64,000 nucleotides of DNA from Candidatus Marinacidobacterales bacterium (GCA_965224085.1 CBDCYI010000005.1:608001-672000); one strand, 5' to 3'. Shown: positions 52,685-63,035, numbered from the stretch's first letter. The notes: generated by a model not told the origin, from the letters alone. Numbers and translations: made by a program.

Positions 52685-54017
52685 CCTTCCCCGCGTGCTC
52701 ATCGTGAGCTCGAGCGTTTTCAATCCCTACTCTGGGGGCGGCATCACGCTGACCAATCTCTTCAGCGGCTGGCCGAGGGATAAGCTCGCCACCGCTCATG
52801 CCGATAGCTTCGAGCCAGACGAGACGATATGCCGCAACTTCTATCACCTTTCGGCCGACGAGATAGGTTGGGTCTGGCCTCTGAGCCTGCTGGCAGGTCA
52901 CACTCGGAAGGCGGCGCCGCCTGGAGGCGAGGTTTCGGGCGGTGCGCCGGAGCCGCGCCTCAGCAGAAGATCGGTCGTCCAGTCGTCGGCAGGGAAGACC
53001 GTGAGACGCGTTCTGGGCGCTCTGGTATGCGATGAGGGGCTTCAGGACCGTGTGCGGATTTCCAGCGGGCTCGTGTCGTGGGTCGAAGATTTTCGCCCGC
53101 AGCTCATCTATACATTGCTGGGCTCGTTGGGCTTCATCCGGCTGGTACGACAACTCTCAACCTCTTCCGGTGCCGGAGTCGTCGTCCATATGATGGACGA
53201 TTGGCCGACCACCCGATACAAGACCGGCATGCTCGGCGCTTTCTTCCACCGCCGAGCCGAACGGGAGCTTCGCGCGATGCTGGCGGCGGCCTCCGTACGG
53301 CTCGCCATCTCCCAGTCCATGTGCGAAGCCTACGGGCGGCGATACGGCTTACGCTTCCTGCCCTTCCATAATGCTCTCGACCTGGACGATTGGACGTCCC
53401 AAGCGCGTGGGAGCTGGGAGAAGAGTGCCACCTTTCGGATGCTCTACTCGGGCTCCATCGAGTCCTACGCCCAGCTGGAAAGTCTGGCCGATGTCGCACG
53501 CGTTACCGGCCAGCTGCATCGCCGCGGCGAACCGGTGGAGCTTACGATCCGAGCCCCGGCACATTGCCTGCAGATCCATCGCGCCCGATTCGACCTGTCT
53601 CCGGCGGTTCAACTAAAGCCCGCTCCCGAGCCCGACGAGATAGCTCGCGTGCTGGCCGGGGCCGATTTGCTCGTGCTGCCCGTCAACTTCGACCGCCGTT
53701 CTTTCAACTACATTCGCTACTCCTTTCCTACCAAGCTTCCCGCCTATCTTGCCTCCGGAACCCCAGTGCTCGCCTATGGACCGCGCGGCGTAACGCAGAT
53801 TCACTTGGCTGAGGAACAGGGCTGGGGACGCGTGGTTTCTCGTCGCGACGATACCGAGCTCGCGGCTGCGATTCGTGGGCTCATGTCCAACCAGACGGAG
53901 CGAGAAGCCTTTGGTCGACGCGGGCTCGAGATCGCCAGCTCGCTCCATACCGCGGCCAGGGTGCGACCGGCGTTTCAAGATGTGTTGGCACGGGCGGCCG
54001 AGCCCCGAGCGTCATAG
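52665..54017 (+). CDS. GT4 glycosyltransferase
   Basis: GGGITL.NLF, HMMDDW, ISQSM, YSGS, ADLLVLP, SFPTKLPAYLASGTPVL. Confidence 0.85.
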   Translation: MEPRPDNLPRVLIVSSSVFNPYSGGGITLTNLFSGWPRDKLATAHADSFEPDETICRNFYHLSADEIGWVWPLSLLAGHTRKAAPPGGEVSGGAPEPRLSRRSVVQSSAGKTVRRVLGALVCDEGLQDRVRISSGLVSWVEDFRPQLIYTLLGSLGFIRLVRQLSTSSGAGVVVHMMDDWPTTRYKTGMLGAFFHRRAERELRAMLAAASVRLAISQSMCEAYGRRYGLRFLPFHNALDLDDWTSQARGSWEKSATFRMLYSGSIESYAQLESLADVARVTGQLHRRGEPVELTIRAPAHCLQIHRARFDLSPAVQLKPAPEPDEIARVLAGADLLVLPVNFDRRSFNYIRYSFPTKLPAYLASGTPVLAYGPRGVTQIHLAEEQGWGRVVSRRDDTELAAAIRGLMSNQTEREAFGRRGLEIASSLHTAARVRPAFQDVLARAAEPRAS

Positions 54018-54022
54018 CCCCT

Positions 54023-54736
54023 ATGAAGCCGAGCTCGAAAACCTACTTCGACTCGATCGCGCGGGGCTTCGCGCGACAGTACGAGACCGGCGACCCCATC
54101 TTTCGCGAGCGTTACGAAGTATGGACGGCGACGATCGATCGCTACCTGGAACGTCTCGAGGGTGGGCTTCTATGTCTGGACCTCGGCTGCGGCCCCGGCC
54201 TGTTCAGCCTTCACGTGGCTCGACGGGGGTATCGAACGCTCGGCATTGATCAGTCCGAGGTGATGGTGACATTGGCCCGCGCGAACGCACAGGAGGCGGG
54301 ACTCGAAGGCTCCCTGGAGTTCCGTATCGGCGAGCTGCCCGTCTCGACGGCGCGGGACGAATCGCTACAGAATCGCGCCGGATTGCTGTTGTGCTCGAGC
54401 GTGCTGGAATATATCGAGGACCCGGACGCGTTCGCGCGCTCCTTTCGTGAGCTTCTGGCTCCGCAAGGGGTCGCCCTGGTATCCGTTCCCAACCGGGAGG
54501 CTCGCTACCGCAGGTACGAGCGGCTGAGGAGCCGACTTCGCGCGAAGCGTCAGTCTTGTTTGAGATGGCATCGACACCTGTTCGGGCTCACAGAGGCGCG
54601 AGCGATGCTCGAGCGTAATGGACTCCGGTTGCTCGAGCATCGCTATCTTGGACCGCCTCCGCTCGCTCTGGTCTTTGGACGACAGCCTGGGCCGAGCGTC
54701 TCGACCATGATCCTATTGATAGCCGAGCTGGCTTGA
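54023..54736 (+). CDS. Class I SAM-dependent methyltransferase
   Basis: LDLGCGPG, GIDQS..M, CSSVLEY, LVSVPN. Confidence 0.88.
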   Translation: MKPSSKTYFDSIARGFARQYETGDPIFRERYEVWTATIDRYLERLEGGLLCLDLGCGPGLFSLHVARRGYRTLGIDQSEVMVTLARANAQEAGLEGSLEFRIGELPVSTARDESLQNRAGLLLCSSVLEYIEDPDAFARSFRELLAPQGVALVSVPNREARYRRYERLRSRLRAKRQSCLRWHRHLFGLTEARAMLERNGLRLLEHRYLGPPPLALVFGRQPGPSVSTMILLIAELA

Positions 54737-54942
54737 TTGATTTACGTCCTCAGACGATGAGCTTCGGAAAGGTTAGGCCGCCGCGGGCGCCAAGTAGCCT
54801 TGAGCGCGCACAACTCAGCGAGGATCCGGCACGCCTTCCAGCAGTCCTCGCCGAGGCGGCCGAGTCGAGCCGAACTTCAGTACAATGCCCCTAATGCTTT
54901 CGAATCCATCGCGACACGGGTAAAGGAGTTAACGGCCCGCGC

Positions 54943-57051
54943 GTGCGCATTTCGGAATTTCTGAGACGCGGCTCGGCATACATCCGCCGAGTTTCACCCC
55001 GCGAAGCCCCATCGGGGATACGTCACCATCTTTCCAGGGCGGTACGCCTGGCCCGAAGCCGCCGGGACTTCCGACGCGGAACCGCTTCCGTGACGGAAAC
55101 GGAACTGGCCGGCGCGCTACTTCCTTACACGGTTACAGATGTGGCGAAGAGCCTTGGGCGACGAGCGCCGGGAGTCGCCGCCCTGGACGCCGACGCTCGC
55201 CGTCAGTTTTTCAAGGAAGTCGCGAAGCGCTACCCATCGATTACAAGGCGCATCATCTCCCAGGCCAACGATGCCTGCGCGCACCGCTTCGACGTGTTGG
55301 GTTCAGGTCCTGTGGAACTCGGTGAAAACATCGACTGGTCTTGCGACTTCAAGACGGGATTTCGATGGCCCCAGGGGTTCTACTCAGACCTGGTCCCGGT
55401 TGACTTATCGAATCAAGCCGACGTGAAGGTGCCCTGGGAGCTGAGCCGCTGCCACCACTTCGTCACTTTAGGACAAGCCTATTGGCTCACTGGTGAAGGC
55501 CACTACGCTCGAGAGTTCAGAAACCAGCTCCGCTCCTGGATCGATACGAACCCTGTCATGGGCTCGATCAACTGGGTTAATGCCATGGAGCCGGCGATCC
55601 GGATCGTCAACTGGCTCTGGGCTTGCGCGCTCTTCCGGGACGCTCAAGAGTTTACGGAGTCGGACCGCAAGCGTCTGCTGGCGAGCGCTCTCGAACATTG
55701 TCGGTTCATCGTCGATAATCTGGAGTTGCTTCCCGGAAACCCGCCCGGAAACCATTACATCTGCAATCTAGTGGGGCTCCTTTACCTGGGGATTTTGCTT
55801 CCGGAGTTTCAAGAGGCGGGTCGGTGGCTCGACGTGGGTTTATCCGGCCTTCTTGGCGAGCTGGATAAACAGGTGCACCCGGATGGTGTGGATTACGAGT
55901 CGTCTACCGGCTACCACCGCTTGGTCACGGAGCTATTCGCTTCGGCCTTCCTACTCTGCCGCCAAAACGGCGTTACCGTGCCAAAGTCGGCATGGGAGCG
56001 GCTGGAGAAGATGGTCGAGTTCACCTTGTGGTACACACGGCCCGATGGACATTCTCCCCTACTCGGCGATGCCGATGATGGGCGCCTCCACAAATTGACG
56101 CCGGCCGAGCCCGACGACCATCGCCACCTGCTTGGAATGGGCGGCCCCCTATTCGAGCGACCGGACTTTTCCGCAGCTGCCGGAGAGACATCACACGAAG
56201 CAGCCTGGTGGTTTGGTGTCGACGGCGCGAACGCCTTTGCACCCTCGGCAACTGCGGCGAGCACCTCTGAGCTCGAATCGCGAGCTTTCCCTGACGGAGG
56301 CTTCTATGTAATGCGCAAAGACGACCGGTACTTGATCGCAGACTGTGGGCACCCTCTCGAGCACAGCGGGCACGCCCATAACGATACGTTGAGCTTCGAG
56401 CTCGCGGCCTTGGGGCGCTCGTGGATCGTGGACAGCGGAACCTATGTCTATACCGCCTCGCGTGAGTGGAGGAACCGATTCCGCTCGGCGCAAGCCCACA
56501 ACACCGTGATCATCGATGGCCTCGAGCTCAACACCATCGTACCAGACGAACTCTTCGACTTGGCGCGCGAGGCGCTCCCCATCGTACACCAGTGGGAGTC
56601 TACTAAAGCTTACGATCTCCTCGACGCGCAGCACAGCGGGTACGAGCGAATCGCCACGGGAATCGTCCACAGGCGACGCATCTACTTCGACAAGCACGAT
56701 GGATACTGGAGGCTCGAGGACTCCGTGACAGGCGGAGGTATCCACCGCATAAACGCCTTTTTGCACTTTGCGGCTGGGCTGCGCCTGGAGCATCAGACGC
56801 CCTCCTCTCACATCGTGGTCGGAGAGGGGCCGGCGGGGCTGGTGGTGGCCCTGGAGTCGACCAGCCCCACTTGCAAGCTGTCACTGCGGGAAGATTGGAT
56901 TTCGACGGAATACGGCCGGAAGTCTCCGGGTTATGTTTTGGAGCTCGAGATGAACGAGCACCTGCCGGTTAAGTGGAGCTGGCTGCTTCTACCCGTGGTC
57001 GACCGGAGCGTCATAAAGCTTCCCAATCGGCGATCGCTTCCCGCGTCATGA
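54943..57051 (+). CDS. Heparinase II/III family protein
   Basis: IDW..DFK.G..W, DVKVPWELSR, NW...ME.AIR, NH, DG.DYE.STGYH, GDAD, GHAHND.LSF, DSGTYVY, RNRFRS..AHNT. Confidence 0.92.
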   Translation: MRISEFLRRGSAYIRRVSPREAPSGIRHHLSRAVRLARSRRDFRRGTASVTETELAGALLPYTVTDVAKSLGRRAPGVAALDADARRQFFKEVAKRYPSITRRIISQANDACAHRFDVLGSGPVELGENIDWSCDFKTGFRWPQGFYSDLVPVDLSNQADVKVPWELSRCHHFVTLGQAYWLTGEGHYAREFRNQLRSWIDTNPVMGSINWVNAMEPAIRIVNWLWACALFRDAQEFTESDRKRLLASALEHCRFIVDNLELLPGNPPGNHYICNLVGLLYLGILLPEFQEAGRWLDVGLSGLLGELDKQVHPDGVDYESSTGYHRLVTELFASAFLLCRQNGVTVPKSAWERLEKMVEFTLWYTRPDGHSPLLGDADDGRLHKLTPAEPDDHRHLLGMGGPLFERPDFSAAAGETSHEAAWWFGVDGANAFAPSATAASTSELESRAFPDGGFYVMRKDDRYLIADCGHPLEHSGHAHNDTLSFELAALGRSWIVDSGTYVYTASREWRNRFRSAQAHNTVIIDGLELNTIVPDELFDLAREALPIVHQWESTKAYDLLDAQHSGYERIATGIVHRRRIYFDKHDGYWRLEDSVTGGGIHRINAFLHFAAGLRLEHQTPSSHIVVGEGPAGLVVALESTSPTCKLSLREDWISTEYGRKSPGYVLELEMNEHLPVKWSWLLLPVVDRSVIKLPNRRSLPAS

Positions 57052-58403
57052 TGGAAGGAAAGCAGCGACGCCGGTTTGTCTATCTGGTCTCGGGTGGACT
57101 TGCCTCAACCGTTATTGACTCCCAGGTGATCACGGTCTTGCAGCGCATGGCTGAGCGTGGGATCGTCTTCGACCTGTTTATTTACCAGGTCAGACCGCAC
57201 GAGGGCGAACGAGCTGCCGCGTCGAGACGTCTGGCGGAGGTGCGGCGTCTGCTTCCCGGAAAGGTCCGTTTGTGGACGTGGCCCAATGTGCAGTTCCTAG
57301 TGAGGCGAACCATTGACGTCACCGAGTCGACCGAGAAGCCCGCCCAGCCTCGTGCAACCGGGTCGCTGGAGCGCATCCTCGGCGCCGTTCGTATAGAAGC
57401 GCTCAAGTGGAGAGGGCTCGTGATGCAGGCTGTGATTGTTGCCTGTGTAGCCCGGTCCATCTGGCGCCGTGAAGTCATCGTTCTTCACGCCCGCGGTGGG
57501 ACTTTCGACGTCGCCATGGGGTTGAAGCGCTGGTACTCTGGTTTTCGCGTCCTCGCGGACTTCAGGGGAGACGCCCCCGCCGAATACCTCTACAACGCTG
57601 CTAGGCACGGGCTCTCGCTGGACGATGCTAAGGTGCGACGTGAGCACACGCTGCTGCGAGAGCTGGACGGAAGGGTCCTGGTGGGCGCGGACGGTGTTCA
57701 CTGTGTCTCCCAGGCGCTCAAGAGCCACTTGGAGGGCGAGCACCAGGTAAGACGGGCGAGAATTCGCGTGGTGCCGGGTTTGGCGGACGAGGGAAAGTTC
57801 TATTTCGATGAGGAAGCACGCAAGCGAGTGAGGCAAGACCTTGGTCTGGAAGGCAAGAGTGTGTTCATTTACGCGGGCTCGATGTTGGCCTGGCAAGCAC
57901 CGCACGCGCTTCTGCGAGTGTGGAAGCACCTGAGCGGTCGACTCGCATCCGTTCAGCTCGTCCTTCTGACCCCCGAAGAAGATCGGGCAAGGATCCTGGC
58001 TCGGAGAGCGGGGCTCAGCGAAGGGCGGGGGTTGATCATCTGCTCGGCACACCACGATGACGTTCGAGGGTACCTCTCCGCGGCAGATGTGGGCTTGCTT
58101 CTTCGCGAAAGCCACCCGCTCAACCATGTAGCATCACCTACGAAGTTTGCGGAATACCTCTTGTGCGGACTGGCTGTTTTGATCAGTCGCGGCATCGGGG
58201 ATAGCGCTGAAATTGTTACGGGAGATGGCCTCGGCGTGATACTGGACAGTGACACGAACCTAGCCGAGGTGGAACGGAAGGCGGTGACCGCTATCCAGAT
58301 AGCTGATGACGGACGGCGCAAGGAACGAGCTCGTCGGGCGGCAGAGAAGCTCGGATTGCACACGCGTTTCGACTCCTGGGTTGCGCTGTACAAGCAACTG
58401 TGA
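57048..58403 (+). CDS. GT4 glycosyltransferase
   Basis: SQV, DFRG..AE, YAGS...WQ, ADVGLLLRE...N.VASPTKFAEYL.CGL. Confidence 0.85.
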   Translation: MMEGKQRRRFVYLVSGGLASTVIDSQVITVLQRMAERGIVFDLFIYQVRPHEGERAAASRRLAEVRRLLPGKVRLWTWPNVQFLVRRTIDVTESTEKPAQPRATGSLERILGAVRIEALKWRGLVMQAVIVACVARSIWRREVIVLHARGGTFDVAMGLKRWYSGFRVLADFRGDAPAEYLYNAARHGLSLDDAKVRREHTLLRELDGRVLVGADGVHCVSQALKSHLEGEHQVRRARIRVVPGLADEGKFYFDEEARKRVRQDLGLEGKSVFIYAGSMLAWQAPHALLRVWKHLSGRLASVQLVLLTPEEDRARILARRAGLSEGRGLIICSAHHDDVRGYLSAADVGLLLRESHPLNHVASPTKFAEYLLCGLAVLISRGIGDSAEIVTGDGLGVILDSDTNLAEVERKAVTAIQIADDGRRKERARRAAEKLGLHTRFDSWVALYKQL

Positions 58404-58590
58404 GCGCTTGAATCGGAAGTCCTAAACGCGGTGGCGCTCGACTGCGCGAAAACGCCCTGGTCGCAAATAGATGACTTTCCGGGAGACCTATCCAGCCTGT
58501 CCGAGCGGTCCGCGTTTGGTGTCGGGGCGGCGATGTTCTCCTTGACGCCGCGTCAGGCTCTTTGCAAAATATGTGCGGAGTGCATGAGTC

Positions 58591-60007
58591 ATGATCCTCT
58601 TTTCAGGCGACTTCTTCAACGCTGCCGCTGCTGAGCCGCTAGTACGCTTCGGAGTGGCGACGGGAGTCCTCCTCTGGGGTCTACTGAGCCTTCGCGGAGG
58701 TAGGCCGGTCGCGGTCGTGCTTTTCGGGGCACTGCTTACCGGGCTTGTATACGGATACTGGATGATGGCGCTCCCTCGTCCCTACGGGATGCTCACCGAT
58801 CCTCATATCACCGAGCGCATGGCCACTGCCTCGGCCATCGCCTCCACCGGAGATCCCACTCAAACGAGCCACTCCAAAGATCCGAATCCACACCCTCTTC
58901 GGGACTGGGTGCTGGCGGTGCTCAACCCGGAACCGCGAACTTTAATGGCCGTTTTCCGTCTCGGGCCCGTCCTCCTCGCGCCTCTGCTCGCGCTGGTCCT
59001 TTAATGGATCCATCCCGCGAGGTCACACGCCTTGGTCACGTCGGTCAGCATTCTCCTCTTTTGGTCCGCTGGCTCTCAAATGCTTCCCGAGGAAGCCCTT
59101 CTCCCTCCCATTCTATTTTGGGGGGATCCCTGGGGCGGTCTGGGCTTGTGCGTGATGGTGGTAGGAGCGATGGCCCTGGATCATCGGTCGTGGTGGGTGC
59201 GAGTCCCCGTCGCGATTCTTTGTCTGCTCCTCGCTTGCTTTCTTGATTCTAATCTCAGTGTGGTTCTCTTCGCTTTTTGTTTTGGCGCGTTGTTGCTACA
59301 GGCTGTACCCCAGACTCGCGCAGATCGTTGGCCCGCTTTGGCACTCTCCCTGACCGCCATGGTCGTCCTGGTCGCGAAAGCGATGTTCTCGTCTCCGCCG
59401 GAGCTCTCCATCGAGAGAGCCGTTCTTGCGGACCTCTGGACCTGGGCCACGCTGGGGCAGCCTATTTGGGTGGCCCTCGCGATTCTTGCAGTGAAACGAA
59501 GACCCCTCTCCGAGCTGAGACCGGGCCATCGAATGTTAGCCGGCAGCGTCGCGCTCCTGCTGGCCCACGAGCTCGGTCTCTTTCCCATACCGCTCGGGTC
59601 AGTCTTGGCCACGTACCGCCTCGGCCTGATCTACACCGCCGCCCCCATGGTCTTTGAGTTCACCGCGGCCTTGGGTCGCCGATTGTTCTCGAATGTCCCT
59701 CCTGAGCGAAGCTTCATCCGCAGCCAAGCTGTGATTCTCGTTGTCGCCGGGGTCCTTTCGCCACTAATACGCCTTCAGCCCGTTCTTGATGGATGAAGAT
59801 TATCGATTGGGCTGTCAGCCGATGTCCTTGAGCCAAGTCGGCGCGGCTCAGAGGGTCCACGAAAATACGCCTCCCGATGCGGTTCTTGTGGCGGACACGG
59901 ACCTTGCTCCGATTCTTAGCTATCGTTGGGGACGTCGGCTGCTCCGCACCAACAGGCTCCCGGAAAGGCCAGATGACCTTCCGCATTTGGTGACGAAGAG
60001 CCCTTAA
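58591..60007 (+). pseudogene. Polytopic membrane protein, broken into three ORFs; paralogue of 31757-33458
   Basis: LPRPYG motif; TAA at 59002 and frameshifts; C-terminal VHENTPPDAVLVA...GRRLL; truncated. Confidence 0.6.
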
Positions 60008-60040
60008 GTCAATCCGTAATCCTCCAGGGGCCATCCGCTT

Positions 60041-60451
60041 CTAGGTTTTGAAACGCTCACAGGCTTCCAGAAGCTCCGTCCAGGTGCGGGTGGCGTTTTC
60101 TAAAGAGTATTCGTACGATCGTTCCTTTCGAATCTGCAGGGCGTTCAACGACAGCCGGCGACGGAGCTCCGGGTCGGTGAGTAGGCGTTTGATGCTTCGC
60201 GCAAATCCATCGATGTCCCCCACCGGTACCAGCAAAGCATTGTGCTCATGTTTCGCCACCATCTTGATGTCTCCATCGTCGGGTACGATGCACGGCAAGC
60301 CGCAACTCATGGCTTCGATCATGGCCATGGGAAGCCCTTCCGCTTCGGAAGTCATGATAAAGACCTTGGCCTGCGGAAAGAAGGGATAGACGTCCTCGTG
60401 CTCTCCGAGAAAGTCGATGCTGCGCTCGATGCCAAGCTCTTGCCAATGCAT
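60041..60451 (-). pseudogene. GT4 glycosyltransferase C-terminal fragment
   Basis: FLG...DV, SEAEGLPMAMIEAMSCGLP, NALLVP.GD; N-terminal domain absent. Confidence 0.8.
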
Positions 60452-60494
60452 TCGGGAAACTTCGTGTTTTCCAAAACCACCCGGAGGTCACTCT

Positions 60495-61139
60495 ATGAGT
60501 AACGAAAGCCCATCAAAGCCCACGAAGAAATGGGGCAACCGTCCGCCACTCCACAAGCGTCAATACATCGTCAACAAGCCCTTGCAATACCGGTTTATAG
60601 GCTTGTTGTTCACGATCTGGGGCGCCAATTCGCTGTTCTTCTCCATCGTGCTCTACCTTCTATTCGAAAGCCACATAGACCGGTTCTATGACCTCGTGCC
60701 CAAAGAAGGGATCTACCCGCTACTCACGATCCCCGCAATGCTCGCGTCTGCAGTGGCTTTCGTCTCGGTGTTCGGGGTCGTCGTGATCGGGATCATGGCG
60801 GTATTTATCAGCAATCAGATTGCCGGTCCTCTCCACCGGACGAAGCTCAGCTTGAATCGCATCATCGCGGGCGATTGGGCTTTCAACCTAAAATTCCGGG
60901 ATACGGATTTTCTCAACGATCTACCCCCTGTTTTTAATGCGATGCTGGACCACCTCCGGCAACGTTCGGCCTCCGAAATCGAGGACTTGAAGGCCATCGA
61001 AAGCGCCTCTTCGGATGACGAAGTGGTAGCCCTGGCGCGGAGAATGAGAGAGAGCAAAGAAACGCTTATCGGGATCGGCGCCGAGGGCCGTGTGAGCGAA
61101 GAGAAACATCAGGAGGTCGTTTCCGCCGCGGTTCATTGA
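60495..61139 (+). CDS. Two-TM membrane protein with HAMP-like domain
   Basis: RBS GGAGG; KRQYIVNKPLQ, two TM helices, SNQIAGPL.R...L..I..GD, R..D.L..L...FN.M. Confidence 0.7.
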   Translation: MSNESPSKPTKKWGNRPPLHKRQYIVNKPLQYRFIGLLFTIWGANSLFFSIVLYLLFESHIDRFYDLVPKEGIYPLLTIPAMLASAVAFVSVFGVVVIGIMAVFISNQIAGPLHRTKLSLNRIIAGDWAFNLKFRDTDFLNDLPPVFNAMLDHLRQRSASEIEDLKAIESASSDDEVVALARRMRESKETLIGIGAEGRVSEEKHQEVVSAAVH

Positions 61140-61180
61140 AAAGTCGACGACGCGCTGGGACCGGAAGGGTATTTTGTCGT

Positions 61181-62596
61181 ATGATTGGGGCTTCCAAAAA
61201 CTCGAAGGCGACCAGTGCCTCTGACGGGCCCATGACCAAACGCAAAGACGCCGCTCTCTTCGACGAAAATGCCACCCATGGTGAGCTTCTCGGCGTCGAC
61301 CCGAGTCAGGTTCGAAGGAAAATTCGACGCAAGGCGGACACGGCCGATCGCGGCAGCCTTTTGACATCGACAGACTTGTTCGGCGACATCATCGACGACT
61401 TCAGCTCGGTGGAATCGGAGCCCGTCTCCGGGGACGCGCCCGTTCAAACCCCTTCCGAGCGGAAAGAGCGGGCGGAGGACAAGAAGGAGCTCGGCGCGAT
61501 GGAAGCGGCCGCAGAATTGCTCGGCGCCGATACCGATCCTTATCAAGGGTCGCCGCCCGCGAGGGAGGACCAATATTCGCTCCTCGACGCCGCCTACTCC
61601 ACGCTGCTCAAAGACGAGAAGCTGCAGAAAAATGTCGAGCGGCTCGACAAGTTCGCCGACGACGATTCGCAGCGCGATGAAAGCTCCGACTACGGTGAAT
61701 ATGTTCTGCTCGACCGTGTCGCCACGGGCGGGATGGCGGAGGTTTTCCGGGCCAAGCGAAAGGGCGTCGAGGGATTCGAGAAGATCGTCGCTGTCAAACG
61801 TATCCTCCCGCATATGTCAAACAATCCGGATTTCGTCGAGATGTTCATCGCCGAAGCGAAGATAGTCGCTTCGCTCACCCATCCGAACATCGCGCAGATT
61901 TTCTATCTGGGAAAGATCGCCGCTAGCTACTACATCGCGATGGAGTTCGTGGAAGGCAGGGACCTCCGGACGATTCTGAGTCGCGCCGGCGATCGCGACA
62001 CGCACCTCGGTGTCGATCTCGCAGCTACCATTGCGCCCAAAGTCTGCGCGGCGCTCGAATATGCCCATCGCCACAAAGACGAACAGGGAAAAGAGCTCCG
62101 AATCGTCCATCGTGACGTGAGCCCTCAGAATATCCTCGTTTCGAACGAGGGGGAAGTGAAGCTTGTCGATTTCGGAATCGCGCGGGCCGCCACTAAGGCC
62201 TCGCACACGGATAGCGGCTCGCTCCGCGGGAAGCTTCTCTACATGTCTCCGGAGCAGGCGTGGGGCAAGACACTGGATCGTCGCTCCGATATTTTTTCGC
62301 TCGGGTCGGTGCTCTACGAAGCACTCACGGGACACCCGCTCTTCAGCGGCAACTCGGAGATGAGCGTTATCGAGAGAGTTCGAGATGCGCAGTTCCTTTC
62401 GCCGTCCTCGTTGAACCCGGCCGTTCCCATTGAAATCGAAGCTATCGTGACGCGAGCGTTGCAGAAGAATCCCGACCAGCGTTATCAGGACGCTGCGGAA
62501 ATGCTTCTGGATTTGGACACGTACTTGAGGTATCGGCCCGCCGTGGGCTCGAGCGAGCTGGCTCGGTTCATCGGCGGACTCTTCGAAGAGAAATGA
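61181..62596 (+). CDS. Hanks-type Ser/Thr protein kinase (start uncertain)
   Basis: GGMAEV, VAVK, E, HPNI, HRDVSPQN, DFG, YMSPEQ, SDIFSLG; acidic N-terminal region. Confidence 0.92.
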   Translation: MIGASKNSKATSASDGPMTKRKDAALFDENATHGELLGVDPSQVRRKIRRKADTADRGSLLTSTDLFGDIIDDFSSVESEPVSGDAPVQTPSERKERAEDKKELGAMEAAAELLGADTDPYQGSPPAREDQYSLLDAAYSTLLKDEKLQKNVERLDKFADDDSQRDESSDYGEYVLLDRVATGGMAEVFRAKRKGVEGFEKIVAVKRILPHMSNNPDFVEMFIAEAKIVASLTHPNIAQIFYLGKIAASYYIAMEFVEGRDLRTILSRAGDRDTHLGVDLAATIAPKVCAALEYAHRHKDEQGKELRIVHRDVSPQNILVSNEGEVKLVDFGIARAATKASHTDSGSLRGKLLYMSPEQAWGKTLDRRSDIFSLGSVLYEALTGHPLFSGNSEMSVIERVRDAQFLSPSSLNPAVPIEIEAIVTRALQKNPDQRYQDAAEMLLDLDTYLRYRPAVGSSELARFIGGLFEEK

Positions 62597-62672
62597 GACT
62601 TGTGCGAGGGCGAGTGGTTCATTCGAAACCGTCCTAGGGAGTCATACGTTGTCTAGTGGAACCAATCAAGAC

Positions 62673-62903
62673 ATGGCGCCTCTGACCCAAGAGGAGGCTG
62701 CAATCTTCGAAAGGCGCCTTCTAATGGCGCGGAGTCAGCTCGACGAGATCGAAGCTCAAATCGAGCGCGAGCTTGCCGACGTGCGGGAGCGCATCAGCGC
62801 GCTGCAGGAAAAACGAGCCGCCTCACTAAAGGTATACGACGCTGCGTGCACGATGCTCGGCATCGAGAACGAGCACGAAACCGAGCCTGCAGTCGCTAGT
62901 TGA
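62673..62903 (+). CDS. Small coiled-coil hypothetical protein
   Basis: Heptad-rich LDEIEAQIERELADVRERISALQE; GC3 bias. Confidence 0.6.
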   Translation: MAPLTQEEAAIFERRLLMARSQLDEIEAQIERELADVRERISALQEKRAASLKVYDAACTMLGIENEHETEPAVAS

Positions 62904-62981
62904 ACCCGCCTACCCGCCTACGCCCTTCGGGCTACGGCGAGGCGAGGCGCCCGCCTCGACGAAGCGTTGGCGAAGTCGGGC
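62904..62981. repeat. REP-like palindromic intergenic element
   Basis: Hairpins CCGCCTACGCCCTTCGGGCTACGGCG and CCCGCCTCGACGAAGCGTTGGCGAAGTCGGG. Confidence 0.55.
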
Positions 62982-62991
62982 AGTCGGGTCC

Positions 62992-63021
62992 TTGACCCCC
63001 CTTAGATGCGGTTGCTAGGAT
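62992..63021 (+). promoter_or_regulatory. Putative sigma70 promoter of accD
   Basis: TTGACC-18 nt-TAGGAT with a TGn extension, 14 nt before the ATG. Confidence 0.45.
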
Positions 63022-63035
63022 CCTGGGCTAACGTT

